Assembly: GCA_049325415.1 (NCBI GenBank)
Contig: JBMOLL010000015.1
Location: 14,923 to 78,922 of the forward strand
Origin: Bacteroidota bacterium
Lineage (GTDB): Bacteria; Bacteroidota; Bacteroidia; Bacteroidales; GCA-2748055
DNA length: 64,000 nt
Reading direction: 5' to 3'
Positions 57,160 to 64,000 of this stretch are shown here, piece by piece. The stretch's first letter is position 1. The number at the start of each line of letters is the position of its first letter. A model generated the notes under the pieces. It saw only the letters and a program-made list of their open reading frames with translations. It made no database searches and was not told the origin of the DNA. Position numbers and translations under genes: made by a program.

Positions 57160-57981
57160 GGAAAGAAAGCTGAGGATCAGCAGGGTGTCGGCAAAGCAGC
57201 GGTATCGCTCCCCTCTCCCGAAATAAGCGGGGAAGTAGCCTGTCAGACGGGTCAGAAGGGTTATCAGGGCAAGGATCAGCGCCGGGTTCAATAAGGCGGG
57301 CTCGTTGTTTATCAGCAGAAATCCGGCAAGCAGGAACAGACCTAACAGGGTAAGAATATTCTGCCCGTTCCGGATTCCTGTGCGGCCCATCCGCACTGCG
57401 AGTGATTGTATGCCCAGTTGCCGGTCGGTAGCAAGAGAATAGCCCGAGATGAGGAAGACATTATTGAGGATCGCTAACTGGAACTGAAGCAGAATAATCC
57501 AGGCGGAGGGCGAAACCTTCGGCCATGCAAGTGCAAGCGGGCCCGACCAGATCCCGGCTGTATACAGCAGTGCCACCACTATCTCACCGGGCAGCCATTC
57601 CAGTACCCTTTTGCGGAACAGGTGGATCCCTGTATAATAAAAAGCCAGGGGTAACATGAGCGGCAGTCCGGCAAGGAAGATTTCCTTTTTAAGTCCTGTA
57701 GCCGATACAAGCGCTGTTGCCACGGCAAGAACGATCAGCAGAACAAAAAGCTTCCGTTTCCTGAAGTAATACCTGTGCGAAAGTCTTTCGCTGTGAGGAC
57801 CGTACCGCAGTCCGTCGAAGAGGTGATCGGCCAGATAAAGGATGAACACCAACAGCCCGAGTACCAGAAAATAGTGGATCCCCGGCCTGACCTTCAGGAC
57901 CCTGGTTGCCAGAGTACCGGAGGCAAGTGCACCGAGGACGATCTCGGGACTGAAGTAAAGGATATTCCTGATCCTTTTCAT
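57148..57981 (-). CDS. UbiA-superfamily-like polytopic membrane protein (putative prenyltransferase)
   Basis: 277-aa ORF with about 8 TM helices. It has the Asp-rich motif YLADHLFDG and a second motif, SLATDRQLGIQSLAVRMG. Confidence 0.5.
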   Translation of the reverse strand: MKRIRNILYFSPEIVLGALASGTLATRVLKVRPGIHYFLVLGLLVFILYLADHLFDGLRYGPHSERLSHRYYFRKRKLFVLLIVLAVATALVSATGLKKEIFLAGLPLMLPLAFYYTGIHLFRKRVLEWLPGEIVVALLYTAGIWSGPLALAWPKVSPSAWIILLQFQLAILNNVFLISGYSLATDRQLGIQSLAVRMGRTGIRNGQNILTLLGLFLLAGFLLINNEPALLNPALILALITLLTRLTGYFPAYFGRGERYRCFADTLLILSFLSLLS

Positions 57982-58026
57982 AAAAGAAAAAATCCGGGTA
58001 ACAGCGGCCCCTTTAAAACTGTCCTG

Positions 58027-59190
58027 TCAGAAATGATGATGCAGGCTCTCTTCCAGGTAGGGATGATTTTTCGGATACAGGTTGGCTTTTGACAGCGCAT
58101 AAACAGTCACCAGGAGGAACAGCCCGGCATAACCGATAAACGAGCCCAGCTCGATGAATCCGAATACCGGTTTTCCGAGAGTGCCTACGAAGATCTGCTG
58201 ATAGAGATCGATATACATGCCGAGAATAAGCAGCGGGATGATCAGTTTAAGTACGGTTTTGCTCCGGCTGGTAGCCCTGGGCATCAGAATGGTAAAGGGC
58301 AGAAACCAGTTAATCAGGATATTGGCGTAAAAGATCCAGCTCCATTCTCCGTCTTTGAAACGGGGAATGAAATAAGCGGTTTCCTCCGGGATATTTCCGT
58401 ACCAGATAATCATAAACTCGGCAAACCAGAAATATCCCCAGATAATACAGAGCATAAAAATGTAGCGGGTGAAATCGTGAAGGTGACTTCCGTTCAGAAA
58501 GCTGAAATGACCGCGCTGATTCAGGATCAGGACGAAGAAGGAAAGTACAACCACCCCGTGGTAAAAGGCCGATACAAAGTTTTTCAGGGCAAAGATCGTA
58601 CTGTACCAGTGTACATCAATTGACATGATCCAGTCGATCACCCCCATGGAAAAGGTAAAGGCAATAATGAAAATAAATATCCTTGAATAGTATTCGCTTC
58701 TGTGAAATGCATCCATTCCTCCTTCCCTGTCTTCCCTGAGTGAATACTTCCTGAGCAGCCGGCTGAGCAGGATCCAGAGCCCGAAGAACACCACGATCCG
58801 GATCACCCAGAACGGAATGTTCAGGTAGGGCGCTTTATGTGCAATCAGTGCGTCGTGTTCGGCAGCTCCCGGTTCTGCCCAGTGATACAGGGAACCTGCC
58901 CCAAGGACCAGTACCAGAAAAAAAACTGCAGCCACAGGGAGATAGGCTCCCATGGCCTCGGGAATCCTTTTGAAACCAGCCGACCAGCCCGATTGCGAGA
59001 TATACTGAAGGGAAAGGAAAAACATGGCCCCTATTGATAGCGACAGAAAATAAAAATTATTCAGCAGATAATTGGCCCAGGTCCGGTCGGGGTCCTTGAT
59101 GAATCCGCTCACAAAAGCTATAATCCCGGTAATGATCATTGCCGTAGTCAGGACCACCAGCGGGCGTGTCAGTTTTATCCTTTCTTCCAT
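58027..59190 (-). CDS. actF: Alternative Complex III subunit ActF (NrfD-like membrane subunit)
   Basis: 387-aa polytopic ORF, the last gene of the actBCDEF order. Confidence 0.8.
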   Translation of the reverse strand: MEERIKLTRPLVVLTTAMIITGIIAFVSGFIKDPDRTWANYLLNNFYFLSLSIGAMFFLSLQYISQSGWSAGFKRIPEAMGAYLPVAAVFFLVLVLGAGSLYHWAEPGAAEHDALIAHKAPYLNIPFWVIRIVVFFGLWILLSRLLRKYSLREDREGGMDAFHRSEYYSRIFIFIIAFTFSMGVIDWIMSIDVHWYSTIFALKNFVSAFYHGVVVLSFFVLILNQRGHFSFLNGSHLHDFTRYIFMLCIIWGYFWFAEFMIIWYGNIPEETAYFIPRFKDGEWSWIFYANILINWFLPFTILMPRATSRSKTVLKLIIPLLILGMYIDLYQQIFVGTLGKPVFGFIELGSFIGYAGLFLLVTVYALSKANLYPKNHPYLEESLHHHF

Positions 59191-59198
59191 AGCTGTGC

Positions 59199-59777
59199 TT
59201 ATTTCTGAAGATTCTTATGCTGTAATTCATTGCGGATAAAGAGGATGATCCTCCACCGGTCGTCAGGCCGGATCATGGCGCCATGAGCACCCATCACTCC
59301 GTAACCAACTGAAATAGAATGGTATATTGCTCCATCCGGAAGAACTCTCACCTTATCGTTCACCAGGTTTGCAGGGGGATAGGGATAGCGCTTGCTGGTA
59401 AAGAGATAGCCCTGTCCGTCGCCCTGTTCACCGTGGCACTGAATGCAATAGATCCCATACATCCGCCGTCCTTCCTCCGTTTCTTCAGGGGTGTCCTGCA
59501 GCGGACTGAATTCCTGCATTCCGGCCAGGAGGCGATCCTCGTCGGTTTTCTCATACGGGAAGGGTACCATTTCGCGCGGTATGGTACCGGCAACAGGCGT
59601 CCTCATGGTGAGACCATCCGCGAAATTCGGATTGGGCGTATTGGTCTCATAGGCATTGGAATAATACATATCCGGGAAATAGTCCCAGCCGGTATCCGTC
59701 CTGCCCCGGTCGCAGGACGACAGGAATAATACTGCGGTCAAACCGCCGGCCAGGAGAAAGCTCTTCAGTTGTTTCAT
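59199..59777 (-). CDS. actE: Alternative Complex III subunit ActE (monoheme cytochrome c lipoprotein)
   Basis: 192-aa ORF with lipobox LSSC and a single CIQCH heme motif. Confidence 0.85.
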   Translation of the reverse strand: MKQLKSFLLAGGLTAVLFLSSCDRGRTDTGWDYFPDMYYSNAYETNTPNPNFADGLTMRTPVAGTIPREMVPFPYEKTDEDRLLAGMQEFSPLQDTPEETEEGRRMYGIYCIQCHGEQGDGQGYLFTSKRYPYPPANLVNDKVRVLPDGAIYHSISVGYGVMGAHGAMIRPDDRWRIILFIRNELQHKNLQK

Positions 59778-59780
59778 AAC

Positions 59781-60284
59781 TTACTTTTCGGTTATTTCAA
59801 CGGCGCCCAGTTCCCTGAGCAGGCTGATGGTTTTTTGTTCATCAATCTTTTCCCGGTCGAACAGTATCACAAACCGGTCGTCGGTCGCCCTGTCGTGGTA
59901 AACAGGCTTTTCATTGTTCGGCCAGAGTTTTGCTCTCACCGAAAAGGTGAACAGGCTTAGTATGGTCACGCTGAAAATAGTCAGAATGATCGTGATCACC
60001 AGGAATGACGGGAAGGCATTGCTGGGTTTTCCCCCGTAGTTAAGTGGCCAGTCGATCACAGCTGTATAAACGAGGAAGGCCAGGACCGAGAGCGCAGCAA
60101 AAAAGCCATAGAACCAGGCAGCATGGGTCATTCTCGATTTTCTCCCGTGATGCTCAAGCACCTCATGAAGCGGAAAGGGAGTGAAGACATCCTCAATTTC
60201 GATCCCTTCCTCCTTCATTTTCCGGAAGGCGGCAACCAGCGGCTCCTCGCCGTCGAATACCCCGATCAGATGTTTGTTTTCCAT
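59781..60284 (-). CDS. actD: Alternative Complex III subunit ActD (DUF3341)
   Basis: 167-aa ORF starting MENKHLIGVFDGEEPLVAAFRKMKEEGI, with two TM helices. Confidence 0.85.
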   Translation of the reverse strand: MENKHLIGVFDGEEPLVAAFRKMKEEGIEIEDVFTPFPLHEVLEHHGRKSRMTHAAWFYGFFAALSVLAFLVYTAVIDWPLNYGGKPSNAFPSFLVITIILTIFSVTILSLFTFSVRAKLWPNNEKPVYHDRATDDRFVILFDREKIDEQKTISLLRELGAVEITEK

Positions 60285-60288
60285 ATCC

Positions 60289-61650
60289 TCAAGCTTTCTT
60301 TTTCGGTTGTAACTTATTGACAGCCTTAACCTCGCTGATGGCGATCATCGGGAGGTAGCGCATAAACAGAAGGACGCCGAAGGCAAAGATCCCCAGGGTT
60401 CCGATAAAAACACTGATCTCCACAAAGGTGGGCGTATAACTGGCCCAGGCCGAGGGAAGAAAATCTTTGCTGAGGGAGGTAACGACAATATTGAAACGTT
60501 CGAACCACATGCCGAGGTTTATCAGGATGGAGACGACAAAAAGCACCACGACATTATTCCGCATTTTCTTGAACCAGAAGATCTGCGGGATCACCGCGTT
60601 GCAAACAAACATGGCCCAGAACTGCACGGTAAAATCACCCGTTATCCGGTTATGAAAGAAAGTGAACATTTCAAACTCATTGCCCGAGTACCAGGCCATG
60701 AATATTTCGGTCAGATAGGCCGTTCCCATGATCAGCGATATGAATATCAGCACTTTGGAAATCGCTTCAAGGTGGCTGTCGGTAACAAAATCGTGAAACT
60801 TGTAAATTTTCCGGATTATGATCATAAGGGTCATTACCATGGCAAACCCGGAAAAGATGGCTCCCACTACAAAGTAAGGTGGAAAGATGGTCGTGTGCCA
60901 GCCGGGCTCAACACCAACCGCAAAGTCGGTCGACACGATTGAATGCACCGAAACTACAAGCACTGCTGCGATGCCTCCCAGTACAAAACTCAGACCTTCG
61001 TACCTCTTCCACTCCCCGACGGATCCTCTCCATCCCATGGCCAGGAAGCCATAGACAGCTTTCCTGATCTTATCCTTCGAATGATCCCGAATGGTCGCAA
61101 AATCGGGGATCATGCCGAGGAACCAGAAGGAGGCTGAAATCAGCAGATAGGTGGATATGGCAATGAAGTCCCAGAACAGCGGTGAATTGTAATTTACCCA
61201 CAGGGGACCTCTTGAATTGGGATAGGGGAAGATGAAAAATGCATCCCATACACGGCCCATATGTAGAGCGGGGAAGATGGCGGCACAGCCCACGGCTACC
61301 ACGGTCATGGCTTCTGCAGCCCTGTTGATGGACGATCGCCATTCCTGTCGAAGGATGAGCAGGAAGATGGAGAAAGCTGTTCCTGCGTGGCCGATCCCGA
61401 TCCACCATACAAAATTGATGATGGCCCAGCCCCATCCGACGGTATTGTTCACGCCCCAGGTACCGATCCCGTTGGCAACAGTGGTATAGATCGCCCAGAA
61501 ACCCAGGAGCATCATGATGGAACTGATCCCCATGCCGGCCAGCCACCAGATTCCCGGTTTTTTATACAGCGGAGAGGTGATCTCATCCGTGATCTGGGAA
61601 AGACTCTTATTTCCCAGGATCAGCGGCCCCCTTATCTCAGTATTGTACAT
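60289..61650 (-). CDS. actC: Alternative Complex III subunit ActC (NrfD/PsrC-like quinol-interacting subunit)
   Basis: 453-aa polytopic ORF following the Fe-S subunit. Confidence 0.88.
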   Translation of the reverse strand: MYNTEIRGPLILGNKSLSQITDEITSPLYKKPGIWWLAGMGISSIMMLLGFWAIYTTVANGIGTWGVNNTVGWGWAIINFVWWIGIGHAGTAFSIFLLILRQEWRSSINRAAEAMTVVAVGCAAIFPALHMGRVWDAFFIFPYPNSRGPLWVNYNSPLFWDFIAISTYLLISASFWFLGMIPDFATIRDHSKDKIRKAVYGFLAMGWRGSVGEWKRYEGLSFVLGGIAAVLVVSVHSIVSTDFAVGVEPGWHTTIFPPYFVVGAIFSGFAMVMTLMIIIRKIYKFHDFVTDSHLEAISKVLIFISLIMGTAYLTEIFMAWYSGNEFEMFTFFHNRITGDFTVQFWAMFVCNAVIPQIFWFKKMRNNVVVLFVVSILINLGMWFERFNIVVTSLSKDFLPSAWASYTPTFVEISVFIGTLGIFAFGVLLFMRYLPMIAISEVKAVNKLQPKKKA

Positions 61651-61668
61651 ATTTCCAGTGTTTTATGT

Positions 61669-64000
61669 TTATGCATGATTATCAGTCATTTCCTCTTCTT
61701 CATTGTTGATCACCCTCGTAAGATAACTTACTGACGGCAGGGTATGAAGGTGCTGAAGGAGATGGTAACTCCTGTCTTCCTTGATCAGTGTACTCACCCT
61801 TGATCCCGGGTTATTCATATCGCCGAAGACCAGTGCTCCCGTCGGACACGACTGAACGCAGGCAGGCTGGATGTCGCCGTCGTTCAGAACGCGGCCTTCC
61901 AGCTTGGCTTCCAGTTTCTTCTCCTGTATCCGCTGAACACAGAAAGAGCATTTTTCCACGACACCCCTTTCCCTGACCGTTACATCGGGATTCAGCACCA
62001 GCCGGCTCAGATCGCTGTTCAGGTGATAATTGAACCTGTCGTTTTTCACGTACCGGAACCAGTTGAATCGGCGAACCCGGTACGGACAGTTATTGATGCA
62101 GTATTTGGTGCCGATACAGCGGATATACGCCACCTGGTTCAGGCCTTCATTGGAGTGCATGGTGGCCGAGACCGGACACACATTCTCACAGGGCGCATTG
62201 TCGCAATGCTGACACATCACGGGCTGATGAAGGACTTTCGGATTTTCGGGCTCACCCTCATAATACCGGTCGATCCTGAGCCAGTGCATGATCCTTCGGT
62301 TTCGTACCTCATCACGCCCTACCGTGGCGATATTATTCTCGGCAATACAGCTGACAATACAGTTGTTACAGCTCACACATTTATTCAGATCCACTACCAG
62401 GCCCCAGTGAAATCCGTCAAATTTCACCTCCGGATACAGTGTTTCGCTGTGGAACTCTGCGTCACGGAACTCCTGATTACCGGCATGGCTGTCTTTCAGA
62501 TAGGCTTCAAGGCTCGTGTTCTGTACAATGGGCCTTCCCTCCATGCTGTGATGCGTCTGGGTCATTGCCAGCTGGTAGTTTTTTCCTGTTTTTCCGACGC
62601 TTACACCGAGCCTGTAATAGCCCCTGTAACCGTCGGCCAGGGAAACAAACCGGAAGCCGTTCACTCCCACGCCATCGGCAACCTTACCGGCCGACTGACG
62701 GCCATAGCCCAGTGCCAGGGAGACTGTTCCCGGCGCCTGTCCGGGTTGGATCAGAGCGGGAAGTTCCACCCCGTCCACTTCGAGCACGTCGCCCTGTACA
62801 AAGCCTTCCTTTGCGGCATCGGCAGCCGATACTGCCAGGTAGTTATCCCAGCAAACGAGAGATACCGGATCGGGAAGTTCCATCAGCCAGGGATTGTTGG
62901 CATGCCGGCCGTCGTTCACTGCCACAGGGGCATACAGTGTGAGGGCAAAGCCCTGATAATCCTTAAATACGGGATCACCAAATTCCGGAAGGTTAAATGC
63001 AGCTTTTCCGCTTTCCACCTGCTTTTCAAAGGCCCCGTCGCGAAGAGTGACGGTCCACCATTTCCGGAAACTTCCTCCGGCCAACCCGGGATAAATATTT
63101 TTTTCCCAGTATTCTGTGAGATAGCTTTGATAGCCGGTGTCCTTACCCATCCATTTCAGAAGACTGTCCTGGAAGGAGCGCGTATTGTAAAGGGGATTGA
63201 TACAGGGTTGCTGAAGTGAATAGGATGCCGTTACCGGTTCGGCATCACCCCAGGCTTCCAGGTAATGGTGGTCGGGAGCGATCCAGTCACAGCTGGCCGC
63301 TGTTTCATTCCATGCACTTCCGATATAGACCGACAGTCCGGCTCCGGCAATGGCTTTTGCCAGTGAGGATCCTTCGGGATGGGAATAAACCGGGTTTACA
63401 TTGAAGAAGATTACGCGGGATATTTTTCCGGCTGCGAGATCCGTAAAAAACGTTTCAGCTTCGCTGCCCCCGCCCTGTTTCAGCAGGATATCGCGGTCGA
63501 TGTCGATAGTCGACCCGTAATTATCAAGGAGATAGTTCAGTGCCACAACCATTTCCTGGATCACAGGGTTGTTTAATCCTGATATCACCAGGGAACTGCC
63601 CCTGTTTTTCAGTAGCTCATCGGCCAGGGCTTTCCCGGTTTCCGTTTTTTCATACTCCATCCCCGTGTTGTGTCCTGAAGCTTCGGCCACTCTTCCAAAA
63701 AGTTCCCTCAGCAGGGCTTCCTGTTGCACAGGGCCTGCAGGAATTCTCTGATCGGCATGGGAACCGGTCACCGACAGGCCCGATTCCACCTGTATATGCC
63801 GGGATAGCTCTTTCCTTCCCCCTGTCAGATCGCGCCCTGTGGCATAGGCCCCGGCAAAACTTACCGGCATAAGCCAGGTGGCAAGAAAATCGGCTTCAAA
63901 AGACAGCAGGAGCCTGGCTTTATCAAAGTGATAGCCGGGAATGACGGAGCGACCCATGATCTTTTTATGTGCCTGCCTGATCGCGGAGACATCCGTTTCG
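61669..64000 (-). CDS. actB: Alternative Complex III subunit ActB (molybdopterin-like + 4-cluster Fe-S fusion), partial; 5' end beyond right edge
   Basis: The frame stays open past the listed Met at 63957 to the window edge. Cys clusters are CVSCNNCIVSC, CQHCDNAPCENVCP, CIGTKYCINNCP and CSFCVQR...CVQSCP. Confidence 0.9.
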   Translation of the reverse strand, partial: ETDVSAIRQAHKKIMGRSVIPGYHFDKARLLLSFEADFLATWLMPVSFAGAYATGRDLTGGRKELSRHIQVESGLSVTGSHADQRIPAGPVQQEALLRELFGRVAEASGHNTGMEYEKTETGKALADELLKNRGSSLVISGLNNPVIQEMVVALNYLLDNYGSTIDIDRDILLKQGGGSEAETFFTDLAAGKISRVIFFNVNPVYSHPEGSSLAKAIAGAGLSVYIGSAWNETAASCDWIAPDHHYLEAWGDAEPVTASYSLQQPCINPLYNTRSFQDSLLKWMGKDTGYQSYLTEYWEKNIYPGLAGGSFRKWWTVTLRDGAFEKQVESGKAAFNLPEFGDPVFKDYQGFALTLYAPVAVNDGRHANNPWLMELPDPVSLVCWDNYLAVSAADAAKEGFVQGDVLEVDGVELPALIQPGQAPGTVSLALGYGRQSAGKVADGVGVNGFRFVSLADGYRGYYRLGVSVGKTGKNYQLAMTQTHHSMEGRPIVQNTSLEAYLKDSHAGNQEFRDAEFHSETLYPEVKFDGFHWGLVVDLNKCVSCNNCIVSCIAENNIATVGRDEVRNRRIMHWLRIDRYYEGEPENPKVLHQPVMCQHCDNAPCENVCPVSATMHSNEGLNQVAYIRCIGTKYCINNCPYRVRRFNWFRYVKNDRFNYHLNSDLSRLVLNPDVTVRERGVVEKCSFCVQRIQEKKLEAKLEGRVLNDGDIQPACVQSCPTGALVFGDMNNPGSRVSTLIKEDRSYHLLQHLHTLPSVSYLTRVINNEEEEMTDNHA

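Noticed and set aside
62023-63219. 398-aa plus-strand ORF antisense to actB.
   Set aside because: The same in-register antisense artefact applies (62023 mod 3 equals the actB codon low position). The sense strand carries unmistakable Fe-S cluster motifs.

Overview
The window looks like chromosomal DNA from a Bacteroidota bacterium. Lineage markers are a T9SS type-B sorting domain protein, DUF4290 next to murA, DUF5683 next to parB, DUF4492 upstream of cydAB, TAnnTTTG -7 promoter boxes, and Alternative Complex III plus a caa3 oxidase. Coding density is high and most genes are core. They include the str/S10 ribosomal operon (rpsL-rpsG-fusA-rpsJ-rplCDW), murA, a UvrD/PcrA helicase, grpE-dnaJ, parAB, cysE-cysK-pssA, and a respiratory block at 47.8-64 kb (cydAB, SCO plus caa3 oxidase, ctaB, actB-F). 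Between these lie envelope-modification genes: two MBOAT/SGNH pairs, and a 8-kb cluster with two GtrB-like GT2 enzymes, two MprF-flippase-like UPF0104 proteins and two large polytopic membrane proteins. I found no tRNA, rRNA, CRISPR array, transposase, integrase or recognisable defence system. The loci most worth a second look are these. (1) The GT2/UPF0104/large-membrane-protein cluster at 25.7-33.8 kb may be a periplasmic glycosylation system. (2) An ~0.8-kb four-helix-bundle gene cassette at 11.1-11.9 kb is bracketed by inverted arrays of ATGCAAA-type repeats and a 9-bp direct repeat, and a related motif is tandemly duplicated upstream of a stand-alone AAA+/DUF4143 ATPase. (3) An A8G9 homopolymer lies inside a methyltransferase CDS. 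(4) An unlisted 42-codon membrane ORF sits directly after cydB. (5) A sigma-54 activator has no DNA-binding domain. (6) An EF-G2-like paralog lacks the switch-II histidine. All functional calls come from reading motifs in the translations by eye. No database search was run.
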